Below the pieces are notes generated by a model. It was not told where the DNA came from. It saw nothing but the letters and a program-made list of their open reading frames with translations, and did no database searches. A stretch of DNA of 39,023 nucleotides from NCBI GenBank assembly GCA_023248035.1, contig JAHFFJ010000005.1, forward strand, positions 1 through 39,023, given 5' to 3'. The position numbers were made by a program, and so were the translations under genes. This DNA is from Candidatus Micrarchaeota archaeon. GTDB taxonomy: Archaea; Micrarchaeota; Micrarchaeia; Anstonellales; Bilamarchaeaceae. Below are positions 16,451-26,710 of this stretch, piece by piece; the stretch's first letter is position 1, and each line of letters starts with the position of its first letter.

Positions 16451-17377
16451 ATGGCTCTGGAGGAAAGGACATATGAAAGGATACTCCGCAAACAAGAAGC
16501 GCTAGACCAATTAAGACCATTCAACCAAGGTGCACTCCATAAATTACAGGAAACTTTCCGCGTTGATATGACCTATAATTCGAATGCTATAGAAGGCAAT
16601 TCACTAAGTCTGAGCGAAACAAAACTAGTGCTGGAAGAAGGCCTGACCATAGGGGGCAAGACATTCAAGGAGCATTTGGAGGTTACAAACCACGCTAAGG
16701 CAATAGATTTTGTCGAATCATTAGTTAATAAAAAGGAAATTGTCGAGATCGATGTGCTTAATATTCATGCATTAGTCCTGGATCGAATAAATCCAGAGAA
16801 CGCTGGTTTTTACAGGATAGGGGGAGTTAGAATAAGCGGTACTGACTACATACCCCCTAGTACTGCTAAAGTCCCACACCTCATGAAGGAGATATATCGC
16901 CTTCTCAATATTAAGAGCGGAGAACCAATAGAAACTGCGGCAATTATTCATCAGAAATTTGTTGATATACATCCTTTCATTGATGGAAATGGAAGAACAG
17001 CACGTTTGCTTCTTAATCTATACCTCATGCGAAATGGTTATCCACCTGTGATAATCCTGCAAGTTGAAAGAAAAAAATATATACGAACTATAATGCAATC
17101 GAGAATGGAAAATAACATAACAGTATTTGCAAATTTTGTGGCTAAGGCAGTAGAAAGATCCCTCGATATTTATTTGGATTCTTTAGGGACAGAATCAAAA
17201 GAATACTTAACGCTTGCAGAGGCTGCCAAGATAAGTAGGAATGGATATAGTGGGGAATACCTTAGCCTTTTGGCCAGAACCGGTAAGATAGGTGCGATAA
17301 AATTTGGTAGGAACTGGAAAATAACTAAGGAAGCCTTAAGTGAATACGAAATTATGAACGAACGAAGAAGGGATTAA
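16451..17377 (+). CDS. Fic-family protein (class II) with C-terminal helix-turn-helix
   Basis: Canonical HPFIDGNGRTAR; N-terminal inhibitory motif SNAIEGN; C-terminal YLTLAEAAK...LARTGKIGAIKFGRNWKIT (excisionase-type HTH). Confidence 0.93.
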   Translation: MALEERTYERILRKQEALDQLRPFNQGALHKLQETFRVDMTYNSNAIEGNSLSLSETKLVLEEGLTIGGKTFKEHLEVTNHAKAIDFVESLVNKKEIVEIDVLNIHALVLDRINPENAGFYRIGGVRISGTDYIPPSTAKVPHLMKEIYRLLNIKSGEPIETAAIIHQKFVDIHPFIDGNGRTARLLLNLYLMRNGYPPVIILQVERKKYIRTIMQSRMENNITVFANFVAKAVERSLDIYLDSLGTESKEYLTLAEAAKISRNGYSGEYLSLLARTGKIGAIKFGRNWKITKEALSEYEIMNERRRD

Positions 17378-17402
17378 AATATGCCGTTGGACTATAATTC
17401 TT

Positions 17403-17942
17403 ATGCCCATAATGAGAGGAGATAAAGTAACCTTACGACCATTTACAGAAAATGATCCTGAACTTTTTTATCATTGGGCAACACAGTCAGATGCCACACC
17501 ATTTTGGTATGGGAAATTGTACGGGGATATTGTTCCATCAAAAGAAAAATTCTTTAGTAACTGGAAATCGTATTATTTCGATGGCTCAAAACCTAAACTA
17601 GGAAGATGTTTTTTGATTTTGGTAAAGGATATCCCAATAGGTCAAATAAATTACAATAAACTCGATCAAAATTCTACTGAATTGGACATAGTTATTGGGG
17701 ATTCTAAAAATTGGGGTAAAGGATATGGATCTGACGCAATGAAGACATTAACCAATTACTTATTCGATGAGGGAGTAAGAGAGGTTTGGGTTTTTGTACT
17801 TAAACGAAACCCTAGAGCGATTAAAATGTACGAGAAAGCAGGTTTTGTTGCTAAACTTCACCCAAGATACATCCAGATACCAACGAAGGGGACTACTAAA
17901 AAAGAGGATTGGATTTTTATGTCAACTACACAGAAGGAGTGA
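17403..17942 (+). CDS. GNAT-family N-acetyltransferase (RimJ/RimL-like)
   Basis: VTLRPF, PIGQI, NWGKGYGS, NPRAIKMYEKAGF. Confidence 0.9.
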   Translation: MPIMRGDKVTLRPFTENDPELFYHWATQSDATPFWYGKLYGDIVPSKEKFFSNWKSYYFDGSKPKLGRCFLILVKDIPIGQINYNKLDQNSTELDIVIGDSKNWGKGYGSDAMKTLTNYLFDEGVREVWVFVLKRNPRAIKMYEKAGFVAKLHPRYIQIPTKGTTKKEDWIFMSTTQKE

Positions 17943-17947
17943 GGAAT

Positions 17948-18454
17948 ATGAGATATATCGCTTTTTTACGGGGGATAAATGTCGGGGGGAACAGAATAAT
18001 TCCCATGCAGGAACTCAAAAAACTCTTTGAAGATTTGGGTTTTATTGAAGTTGAAACTTATATCCAAAGTGGCAATGTAGTTTTTAGTAGTGAGAAGGTA
18101 AAATTAGAAATACTCACAAACGGAATTAAGGAAAGATTTTCCTTTGATATAATAGTCATAGTAAAAACAGCTCGGGAATTGGAAAAAATAATAGAAAATA
18201 ACCCGTTTCCTGAAAGTGATAAGCTAGGGTTTATGCTACTTTCCAAAAAACCAGACAAACTTGAAAAACTAACAACCGTTGATGGTAAGGGGGAAATGAT
18301 TGAGATTATCGATGATGTTGCTTATGTAGTTTACAGTAATGGAATGGGTAGGGCAGTATATAACAATAATTTTATCGAGAAAATTTTAGGGGTAAAAGCG
18401 ACTACCAGAAACCTAAGAACTATGAAAAAATTATTATCTATTTGTTCGAAATAG
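17948..18454 (+). CDS. DUF1697 family protein
   Basis: MRYIAFLRGINVGG, ETYIQSGNVVF, TTRNLRT; start at ATG 17948 after GAGG. Confidence 0.88.
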   Translation: MRYIAFLRGINVGGNRIIPMQELKKLFEDLGFIEVETYIQSGNVVFSSEKVKLEILTNGIKERFSFDIIVIVKTARELEKIIENNPFPESDKLGFMLLSKKPDKLEKLTTVDGKGEMIEIIDDVAYVVYSNGMGRAVYNNNFIEKILGVKATTRNLRTMKKLLSICSK

Positions 18455-18457
18455 ACA

Positions 18458-19369
18458 TCATGGTAGATATTTTTTAGACCAATTAAAAATAGCAACCATA
18501 GTTATCCACGGAATCTCGCTTAGGACTAATATTAATGCAACTTTAGCATCAAAAAAGGCCAATGCGAGTGTGATACCGAGTGCCGCGTTGTTGAATACTT
18601 TCGAACTTGATATTGTAATTTTTTCATCCTTCTTTAACCAAAATACCATGAAATAACCGATAAACTGGAATAATATGAATGCTACATAAAGAACAACTAG
18701 ATGGTATGCGATTTCAGCTAAATTGCCAGTGATGTATTCAGTTTGGACTGCGATAACGATTGCGATTATAACGAATAGTAGAATTAAGATTAATATACTG
18801 GAATTATCATTGATTTTCTTTATAAGTCCGTCATTTTTTAGTCTTTTGAATGTTTCTGAAAAGAACAGCGGGATGACGATCAATTTAAACAAAGTGAAAA
18901 TTACACTAACGTAGTCGAGGTTTATTTGAGTTTTGAAAAAAAAGAGAAACATTAATGGTATTGAAACTATTGAGAGGAGGGTACTTAGTATAGTTAAAAT
19001 TAGTGAAAGTGAACTTTTACCGCCCAGAACACTTGTTAAGGGGGGAGCGGCAGTCCCAACAGGCAATACGGCCAAAAGAAACAAACCGACCATTAATTCG
19101 TTAGAAAATGACAGTGAGAGAAAATAGATAATGGCAGGAATTACGATCATATATATTAGTAATACATATGCCAAAAGCTTAGGCCGCTTCAGTTGCTTTG
19201 CAATTTCGCTCAGATCAATCTTGAGAAAGGCAATGAAGAGAATTACCATCTGGATGTAGATGACATAATCCTTGAGAATTTTCAATTGGTCAGAAAAATA
19301 CAACCCAAAAGATATTGATAAGACAAAAAGTATCCAGAACGTAAGATCGGTGCTGCTCTTCCCAGCCAT
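18458..19369 (-). CDS. Bile acid:sodium symporter (BASS) family transporter
   Basis: About 9-10 hydrophobic helices; GLFLLAVLPVGTAAP...LGG and FNNAALGITLA motifs; probable start MAGK at 19369. Confidence 0.8.
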   Translation of the reverse strand: MAGKSSTDLTFWILFVLSISFGLYFSDQLKILKDYVIYIQMVILFIAFLKIDLSEIAKQLKRPKLLAYVLLIYMIVIPAIIYFLSLSFSNELMVGLFLLAVLPVGTAAPPLTSVLGGKSSLSLILTILSTLLSIVSIPLMFLFFFKTQINLDYVSVIFTLFKLIVIPLFFSETFKRLKNDGLIKKINDNSSILILILLFVIIAIVIAVQTEYITGNLAEIAYHLVVLYVAFILFQFIGYFMVFWLKKDEKITISSSKVFNNAALGITLALAFFDAKVALILVLSEIPWITMVAIFNWSKKYLP

Positions 19370-19447
19370 TAGGCTCTTTCTTCTAAAGAGCATATAAATC
19401 AAGCTAATTCGACAGTTATAAAACCATTCGTACTTATAATAACATTT

Positions 19448-20257
19448 ATGGCAACTTCTGGTGGGAAGAGTGATTTACGATCAGTACAACCAACATTCGG
19501 TGATATGAGCGTAGCAACTTATGGCGCAAAAGTCAATACCCCAGCTAAAAATCCAGATTACTTTAGATTGTTTCATGCACTTCTGGTTGAAAGGGCAGTT
19601 AAGTCAAAAGCAGGTAAAGTAGTTCTTCTGGATGTTGCTTGTGGACCTGCACAAGAGCTTGATTTTTTCAAAGATGATAAGAGAGTTGAACTCGTTGGAG
19701 TAGATATAGCTCAAGATTTATTGACAGCAGCACAAGCAAGATTACCTTTTGCTAAATTCTTTTGTTGGGATGTTAGGCAGACACCACCACTACCATCTGA
19801 TATTGCCCCAGGATCTGTAGATGTTGGCATAGCGCTTAACGCAATGATATACGTTCCCGATAAGATGCTTGGAGCACTTGGATATGGACTTAGAAGAGGT
19901 GGGGAAGCAGCAGTTAATTTTAGAGTATTTGGAAACCCTTACAATGAAGCATTCTATACACACTACACCACGAGAAATGGGGTTATACGAGAGGAAGAGT
20001 TATCATTACCTACAGCCCGGGGAGGAACTGAGAAGTTTGTTGTTGCTGCACTCGATTACACTAACTGTATTGATCTAGATACTGGCGAACCAGATCCCAT
20101 AAGAAATCTGGTAGTGCAGATGTATTTCAGATCCAAAAGCGACATCGAGCGTTTGATTGGAATTGGTGGTTTTGAGATAGTTGATAGTAAACCTTTCCAT
20201 TTCCAATCACCAGTAAACCCGGATAATGAGATAGAAGTTTATACTATTAGGAAATAA
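19448..20257 (+). CDS. Class I SAM-dependent methyltransferase
   Basis: LLDVACGPA, LVGVDIA, GSVDVGIA, GLRRGG. Confidence 0.82.
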   Translation: MATSGGKSDLRSVQPTFGDMSVATYGAKVNTPAKNPDYFRLFHALLVERAVKSKAGKVVLLDVACGPAQELDFFKDDKRVELVGVDIAQDLLTAAQARLPFAKFFCWDVRQTPPLPSDIAPGSVDVGIALNAMIYVPDKMLGALGYGLRRGGEAAVNFRVFGNPYNEAFYTHYTTRNGVIREEELSLPTARGGTEKFVVAALDYTNCIDLDTGEPDPIRNLVVQMYFRSKSDIERLIGIGGFEIVDSKPFHFQSPVNPDNEIEVYTIRK

Positions 20258-20296
20258 CCAACGAAAATATATTTATAAATCTAGGACATATTTACT

Positions 20297-22288
20297 ATGA
20301 CAATGTACCAAAAACTAATAGTAATATTACTGATTTTTGCTTGTGTAGGTTTTGCTGGCTCTTTAAACTTTTCTTCCCCAACTCCAGATAATGGAAGCGC
20401 AGTTGGCAATAATTCAGTTGAGTTGAACCTTTCAATTACACAATCGAACTTGGCAAATTTTACCTGGAATTGGAATGGAACCAATCATACTTGTTATAAC
20501 AATTCATTGGTATTAATGTATGGTTTTGATAATTTATCCGCACTAAATGAAAATAATAACAATGTCACTGATTTGAGCAATTACAGCCATCATGGCCAGG
20601 TAATTGGACCGGTTTGGAACATATCGGGTAAATACGGCGGGGCATTTACTTTTGATGGAGTTAATGACCTTATAGAAACACCAAAATCTTCTAGTTTGGA
20701 AATTCAGAATATGACCATAGAGGCATGGATTTACCTTGACCCTTCACCAAATACCAGAAATACCATAGTTTCTTATGGTTGGGGTTCAACAAGTGGGGGG
20801 CCAGAAGATCTTTCTGGTGAATCTTATTCTCTAACTTACCATGCAGATATTGAAACTTTTAGATTGCGGCTCAAAAACAGTGCAGGAGCGAATATTATTG
20901 ATCTTTTAGATTCGGGCAGCATGCCATTGGCCAATGTTTCAGGATGGACATTCGTAACTGCAACATGGAATGGAACAGCAGGTAAAATATACAGAAATGG
21001 AGTTGTGGTAAATTCCGGAACCGGTTCTGGAACAATAAGTTATGTGGATGGTTCTGGTGTTAAATTAAGGGTAGGTAATTGGTTTGGGAATAATGAACGC
21101 TGGTTTAAGGGAAGTATAGATGAACCCAAGATTTACAATAAAAGCCTTAGCCAGGATGAAGTAATTCAGCATTATTATTCAAATCTTAAAAAATACACAG
21201 ATAATAGTTGGGAATTCTATTCAAATGAGCAGAATCTTTCTGATGATGTTTATACATATTATGGATACGCAGATGATGGAGTTGGTGAAGCCAATCAGAG
21301 CCAGACACAAACAGTGACAATAGATACCACGTCACCATATTTTAATTCAACGTATAGCCCCGAAGACAATTTTTCATCAGTAGTAAAGTTTCAGAATTTT
21401 AATTTTACGGTATATGATGCTTTAGCACCAACAATGAATTGTAGCCTGGTGATTGATGATTCAACAGTTTCCAATTTTACAGTAAGCAACAGTACATTAA
21501 CAACAGTCAGCACAACTCTTGCAGCAGGAGTCCGTTCATGGTATGTTTTGTGTAATGATTCAGCAGGAAACGGGAATCAGACGGCAACAAGAACAATAAG
21601 AATAATAGAACCCGAGCAAAGCAGCGTAAATAAGAAGCTAAAAATTTCAAAAGAGATTCTTTGCCCGGATAATGAACTTATAGTAACAGCAACAACGAGT
21701 GGAAACACCATAGGTGGAGTAGAAGTCGGTGTTGGTGATAAGAGCGATAAAACAGACAGTGATGGAAAAGTAGTTTTCAAATTAACTGAGGAGAAACAAT
21801 ACATAATAACTGCCTCAAAGGCGGGTTACAGTGATGCTTCGAACCTTAAAGTGCAATATACTTTATGCAAAATCCCCAAGGTTGTAGAATGTAGCAGCAA
21901 CAACGATTGCCCAACTAACAAATATTGCTCAGGAGATTCCTGTCTAGATATTAAGAAGGGGGTTTGTGGTATTATAACCAACCACACGTGGATAGCATAC
22001 CAGTGTTGTTTTGATTCTGATTGTAATGGTAAAATTTGTGATAACAATGTTTGTGTTCAACCTAAATTAGTAGAAACAACTCCGATTGTAGAAAAAGTAG
22101 ACGAACCAAAAGAGGCGGCAATAGAAACTACGATTAGCAAGGATAAAAAGGCAGAGCAACTATCGCCAACCCCCGAGCCACCAAAAGAGAAGGGTGATGG
22201 ATTCCCGATTTATTTCTTTATAATTCTTATAGCCTTTTTAGGTTTAGGATTATTGTTAGTTTTATATAAATCAGGAAGGAAAAAATGA
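20297..22288 (+). CDS. Membrane-anchored surface glycoprotein with LamG-like jellyroll and Cys-rich region
   Basis: Signal peptide; GKYGGAFTFDG, TIEAWI, WTFVTATW, FKGSIDEPKIYNKSLS (LamG); many NxS/T sequons; Cys-rich repeats; C-terminal TM followed by GRKK. Confidence 0.88.
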   Translation: MTMYQKLIVILLIFACVGFAGSLNFSSPTPDNGSAVGNNSVELNLSITQSNLANFTWNWNGTNHTCYNNSLVLMYGFDNLSALNENNNNVTDLSNYSHHGQVIGPVWNISGKYGGAFTFDGVNDLIETPKSSSLEIQNMTIEAWIYLDPSPNTRNTIVSYGWGSTSGGPEDLSGESYSLTYHADIETFRLRLKNSAGANIIDLLDSGSMPLANVSGWTFVTATWNGTAGKIYRNGVVVNSGTGSGTISYVDGSGVKLRVGNWFGNNERWFKGSIDEPKIYNKSLSQDEVIQHYYSNLKKYTDNSWEFYSNEQNLSDDVYTYYGYADDGVGEANQSQTQTVTIDTTSPYFNSTYSPEDNFSSVVKFQNFNFTVYDALAPTMNCSLVIDDSTVSNFTVSNSTLTTVSTTLAAGVRSWYVLCNDSAGNGNQTATRTIRIIEPEQSSVNKKLKISKEILCPDNELIVTATTSGNTIGGVEVGVGDKSDKTDSDGKVVFKLTEEKQYIITASKAGYSDASNLKVQYTLCKIPKVVECSSNNDCPTNKYCSGDSCLDIKKGVCGIITNHTWIAYQCCFDSDCNGKICDNNVCVQPKLVETTPIVEKVDEPKEAAIETTISKDKKAEQLSPTPEPPKEKGDGFPIYFFIILIAFLGLGLLLVLYKSGRKK

Positions 22289-22770
22289 TCGTACTTTTTA
22301 TAGCAACCAGTCTTGATGGATATATTGCACGTGAAGATGGTAAGGTGGACTGGTTATTTACAGACCAGGATTACGGCTATAAAAAATTCTACAAATCAGT
22401 AGATACAGTTATTATGGGCAGAAAAACTTACGAAAAAGCACTTGAATTCGAGACGCATCCATATAGCGATAAGGAAGTCGTCGTGTTCACAAAGAGAAAG
22501 ATACCAAACGTAAGATGTGTAGGAGAACCTATTTCTTTTATAAAAAATCTCCCACATTCAAAAAAGGTCTGGTTGGTGGGTGGGGGAGAAATCGTAAGAT
22601 TGCTACTTAAGGAGGATTTGATTAATGAAATAATACAGTATGTTCACCCGATAATACTAGGTGGGGGGATTTCACTTTTTAGTGGTGGAATTGAGAAAAA
22701 ACTAAAGCTTTTAAAGATAGCAAAGTATAGGAGCGGACTGATAAAACTCCATTATAGGTCAATGGGATAG
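22285..22770 (+). CDS. Dihydrofolate reductase family (RibD C-terminal-like) protein
   Basis: IATSLDGYIA, VIMGRKTYE, VWLVGGG, PIILGGG. Confidence 0.88.
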   Translation: MIVLFIATSLDGYIAREDGKVDWLFTDQDYGYKKFYKSVDTVIMGRKTYEKALEFETHPYSDKEVVVFTKRKIPNVRCVGEPISFIKNLPHSKKVWLVGGGEIVRLLLKEDLINEIIQYVHPIILGGGISLFSGGIEKKLKLLKIAKYRSGLIKLHYRSMG

Positions 22771-22772
22771 TT

Positions 22773-23429
22773 ATGGAACAGGCAACGAAGCTCAAGTATT
22801 TTCTACTTTCACTTGTCCTTGCAATAGTGTTTTACCCATTTTTAGAAGGTGGGGGTATAAATGAGATAATATTACAAGGCCTTTTTTCTGCAACTTTGAT
22901 ATTTGGAGTTTCAGTAATTAGTTCGGAAAAACATTTTTTGATTTCCCTTATATTGGCAATAGCTACATTTGCAACCGTTCTTGGGTTGATTATAGAAGGT
23001 AATTTGGGATGGTTAATAATTGCAAATTATATTTTTTCCATACTATTCTATTCTTTCATAATGATAAGGTTGCTCACCTACATCACGAGTTCGGTTAAAG
23101 TCCATAATGAGACTATTTATGCTGCAGTTTGCGTCTATCTCCTTATGGGGGCAACCGGAGGGATGATTTACTTGCTGATTGAGCAAGTACATCCAGGATC
23201 ATTCCTTACTCCTTACAAAGCGGAACAATTAACCAGGGCGGATTTGATTTATTTTAGCTATGTAACACTGACCACAACAGGTTATGGTGACATAATAGCT
23301 GCAAGTACGTATGCACGTTCTTTTGCTATTTTAGAATCCATAATAGGAGTTCTTTATGTAGCAGTACTCATTTCCAGATTGGTTGGTGGATATAGTAGGG
23401 AGAAGGATCGTAAAGTTTCTCAGAAGTAG
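22773..23429 (+). CDS. Potassium-channel-family membrane protein
   Basis: YFSYVTLTTTGYGDI pore/selectivity motif preceded by several TM helices. Confidence 0.87.
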   Translation: MEQATKLKYFLLSLVLAIVFYPFLEGGGINEIILQGLFSATLIFGVSVISSEKHFLISLILAIATFATVLGLIIEGNLGWLIIANYIFSILFYSFIMIRLLTYITSSVKVHNETIYAAVCVYLLMGATGGMIYLLIEQVHPGSFLTPYKAEQLTRADLIYFSYVTLTTTGYGDIIAASTYARSFAILESIIGVLYVAVLISRLVGGYSREKDRKVSQK

Positions 23430-24059
23430 TTATTTCAATATTTTCCCGGTTTCGAGATACCATAAATAGAGATCAAGTTCCCCCTGGGTCATAGAAAGCC
23501 TTATGCAAAGCTTCTCAAGCTGCGCCTCAGTTTCCAAATAGATTTTTTTTGAGAGAGATTTTGATTTTGGCCGCTCAATTATTCCATACTCGGAAAGTAC
23601 ATCTATTACATGGAAATCGATTATGGCAAAACCATCATGACCGATGTTTCTTAGAAAGTGGCTTGCTTCCTTATAACCAAGCCCAAGGACATTTTCAACA
23701 AACCACTCACGCAAAACTGGCCCAGTATAGGTAGAGAGAATCCGATTTAACTCTTGGGAGTGCTTCCTTGCTTCTACAATATAACGTGCACGTGCATTTG
23801 GAAAGCGATAGCCAAGCGATTTGAGTTTAGCTGCAAGATCTTTCAGGGGAAGGTTGTGAAACCCATCCTCGATGGCTTTTTGTATCCTTATTGCCCCCTC
23901 AGAAGTATAGTTTGCAGTGAGAAGACAGAAGCAGAGTTCTTTGAAAATTTCTTGTTCACCTTCATTTCCCTTTAACCTGAACTCCTGCATGCGCCCGTGG
24001 ATAGTTTGGCCAAGATGACTTTTTCTTATTTCAATTATAGAGGTAATGAGCTTTTCCAT
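23430..24059 (-). CDS. ogg: 8-oxoguanine DNA glycosylase/AP lyase (archaeal type)
   Basis: ELCFCLLTAN, GYRFPNARA, HhH GLGYKEASHFLRNIG, AIIDFHV, LDLYLWY, GKILK. Confidence 0.93.
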   Translation of the reverse strand: MEKLITSIIEIRKSHLGQTIHGRMQEFRLKGNEGEQEIFKELCFCLLTANYTSEGAIRIQKAIEDGFHNLPLKDLAAKLKSLGYRFPNARARYIVEARKHSQELNRILSTYTGPVLREWFVENVLGLGYKEASHFLRNIGHDGFAIIDFHVIDVLSEYGIIERPKSKSLSKKIYLETEAQLEKLCIRLSMTQGELDLYLWYLETGKILK

Positions 24060-24604
24060 TATTTACCCTTCCATATTATTTCTCCGACCTTTTTCTTGTA
24101 GTTGGCATAGCGGGCCATGGCGAATAAAAGATCACTTAGACGATTTACATAGACGATAATATCAGGGTTTATTTTTTCCTTATTTGAAAGTGAAACGATT
24201 GAGCGTTCTGCCCGCCTGCAAACCGTCCTTGCAAGATGGAGAAGGGATGATGTTTTGGTGCCACCTGGGAGAATGAAATTAGTAAGCGGGGGAAGTTCAG
24301 ACCACATCTGATCGATTTCTTTTTCGAATTCAGAAGATCGCATAGGGCTTATTGAGCGAACTTTGGTGTTTTTTGCAGAGAGTTCGGCACCGATGATAAA
24401 TAGATCGTTTTGTATTTTCTGCAATGACTCATACAGTGGAGCCAATGTAAGGTCGCGGTCATTAAAAGCTAATATGACACCGACCATGGCATTAAGTTCA
24501 TCAATGTCACCGTATGCTCCGACTCGTGGATCGTCTTTTTTGACCACAACACCACCAAAGAGCGAGGTATTGCCAGTATCACCAAATTTAGTATAAATAG
24601 TCAT
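24059..24604 (-). CDS. pduO: ATP:cob(I)alamin adenosyltransferase, PduO type
   Basis: IYTKFGDTGNT, AYGDIDELN, FILPGG, ARTVCRRAER, NRLSDLLF. Confidence 0.93.
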   Translation of the reverse strand: MTIYTKFGDTGNTSLFGGVVVKKDDPRVGAYGDIDELNAMVGVILAFNDRDLTLAPLYESLQKIQNDLFIIGAELSAKNTKVRSISPMRSSEFEKEIDQMWSELPPLTNFILPGGTKTSSLLHLARTVCRRAERSIVSLSNKEKINPDIIVYVNRLSDLLFAMARYANYKKKVGEIIWKGK

Positions 24605-24655
24605 AACTCAAATTGGCGGGGATAAAAATAAAAGGCGCTTTGGTTTAGTTAGGTC

Positions 24656-25279
24656 ATGACGATTATGGATGATTTTTCCCTTCTTCGTAAGAAAGGGTTT
24701 AGGCTACTGCCGTATGTACTAGCAGAAAATGAGGAAGAAGCAGCTAAAGCTGCAAAGAAAATAGGTTATCCAGTAGCTATGAAGATAGTTTCAGCACAGA
24801 TCAGCCACAAAACGGATATTGGCGGGGTTAAGGTAAATATCAAGAGTGAGGAAGCGCTTCGTCTGGCCTATAAGGAGGTAGTGAGCGCAGGTAAGGGTGC
24901 TAAATTGGATGGTATATTGATCCAGAAGATGGCACGCAAAGGCATTGAACTTATAGTTGGTGGGAAACGAGATCCGCAATTTGGCCATATGGTGGTTTTG
25001 GGACTTGGAGGGATATACGTAGAGATATTCAGGGATATAAGTGCAAGAATATGCCCAGTAACAAAAAAGGATGTTGAAGAGATGATTCTGGAACTTAGAT
25101 CACACCCACTTCTTGAAGGTGCACGCGGGGGCAAACCAATAAACAAAAAAATTCTCGAAGAACTAGTTGTTCGGGTATGTGGATTTATGCACGATGAGGA
25201 TATAGAGGAAATGGACCTTAACCCAGTAATATTTGATGAATATGGTTGCGATATTGTAGATGCACGATTTAGCAGGTAA
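24656..25279 (+). CDS. acdB: ADP-forming acetyl-CoA synthetase beta subunit (ATP-grasp)
   Basis: GYPVAMKIVS..ISHKTDIGGV, ELIVG, FG..V.LGLGGIYVE, EMDLNP, VDAR. Confidence 0.92.
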   Translation: MTIMDDFSLLRKKGFRLLPYVLAENEEEAAKAAKKIGYPVAMKIVSAQISHKTDIGGVKVNIKSEEALRLAYKEVVSAGKGAKLDGILIQKMARKGIELIVGGKRDPQFGHMVVLGLGGIYVEIFRDISARICPVTKKDVEEMILELRSHPLLEGARGGKPINKKILEELVVRVCGFMHDEDIEEMDLNPVIFDEYGCDIVDARFSR

Positions 25280-25283
25280 TTTT

Positions 25284-26663
25284 ATGATTCAAAAACTAAA
25301 ATATATTTTTAGCCCAAAGAGTGTAGCCATAGTTGGCGCTTCAGAAACACCAAACAAAGTAGGTAATGTCATATTGAGGAATTTTTTGGATAATAAGTTT
25401 AGTGGTAAGGTATATCCAGTAAATCCCAAATATGGAAAACTTTTTGGGCTTAGATGTTACGCTAAATTAGCCGAGATAGAAGGTAAGGTCGATTGCGTCA
25501 TAATTGCAACCCCTGCAGAGACCGTACCCGATATAGTGGAAGAATGCGTAGCTAAAAAAGTCGGGGGAGTAGTCATATTGAGTGGGGGATTTGAAGAGGT
25601 TAAGAGAAATGACCTTTCTGATAGGATAAAAGAGATTGCAAAAAAGAACGATCTTCCGATAATTGGACCAAATTGCTTGGGTGTTTTCAATCCATATAGT
25701 AAGGTAGATAGTATTTTCCTGCCGATGTACAAACTTGAGAGGCCTAAGCCGGGTAAAATTGCATTTATAACACAAAGTGGGGCAGTCGGCTCTACAGTTA
25801 TGGATTTGGCAGCGTATTATGGAATAGGCATATCAAAATTCATATCATATGGAAATGCCACGGTGTTGGATGAAAGTGACTATCTGGAATATTTAATGCA
25901 TGATAGGGAAACGGAGATAATAATATTGTATATGGAAGGTGCCAAAGATGGTAGAAAACTATTAGAACAAATGAAGAAAGTAAACAAAGTAAAACCAATA
26001 ATAGCACTTAAGGCAGGTAAAGGAGCTGGAGGAGCTGCCGCTGCACGTTCACATACTGGTAATATTGCTGGAAGTTATCTTGCTTATAATGCCGCATTTA
26101 AGCAGGCAAAGGTCACTGAAGCAGATGGAATAATTGAGATTTTTGATTTTGTTAAAATATTTGACCAGCCAAAACCAAAAGGAAATAGAATTGGAATAAT
26201 AACGAATGGTGGAGGCATTGGGGTACTGACTACGGATTATATAGAAAATGAAGGACTCAAACTCGCACAATTTAGTGAGGAAACAAAAAAAGAACTCGCA
26301 AAAATACTACCGACTTATGGTACAGTAAATAATCCGCTCGATTTGGTAGCTGATGCGGGAATTGAAGCGTATAACAAGGCTATTGAAGCCATGATGAAGG
26401 ATCCGAACATAGATGCCCTTATCATAATAGTGTTGACACAAACTCCACCCATAGATGAACGAATAATACACGTGCTTACAAAAGCTTCTGATGATAGGCG
26501 AAAACCGATAGCAACAATTTCTATAGGTGGAAGTTATACTGAAACTTATAGGAAAATACTTGAAAGTAAAGGAGTACCAAGCTATAATTCACCCCAGGCT
26601 GCAGTTAGGGCAATGGAACGTTTAGTCACTTATGCTAACTATTTGAATAGGTTAAAGAAATAA
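25284..26663 (+). CDS. acdA: ADP-forming acetyl-CoA synthetase alpha subunit
   Basis: PKSVAIVGAS, IGPNCLG, TQSGA, SHTG (phospho-His), TNGGG, NNPLD; start at ATG 25284 after AGGT. Confidence 0.93.
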   Translation: MIQKLKYIFSPKSVAIVGASETPNKVGNVILRNFLDNKFSGKVYPVNPKYGKLFGLRCYAKLAEIEGKVDCVIIATPAETVPDIVEECVAKKVGGVVILSGGFEEVKRNDLSDRIKEIAKKNDLPIIGPNCLGVFNPYSKVDSIFLPMYKLERPKPGKIAFITQSGAVGSTVMDLAAYYGIGISKFISYGNATVLDESDYLEYLMHDRETEIIILYMEGAKDGRKLLEQMKKVNKVKPIIALKAGKGAGGAAAARSHTGNIAGSYLAYNAAFKQAKVTEADGIIEIFDFVKIFDQPKPKGNRIGIITNGGGIGVLTTDYIENEGLKLAQFSEETKKELAKILPTYGTVNNPLDLVADAGIEAYNKAIEAMMKDPNIDALIIIVLTQTPPIDERIIHVLTKASDDRRKPIATISIGGSYTETYRKILESKGVPSYNSPQAAVRAMERLVTYANYLNRLKK

Positions 26664-26710
26664 TTTTCCGTTCGCTCGCCTGAAGGCTAAACCCCGTAGT
26701 GTTTTCCGCT

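Noticed and set aside
16451-23429. Integrated mobile element or provirus
   Set aside because: Accessory-type genes, but no integrase, transposase, att repeats or viral structural genes were seen.
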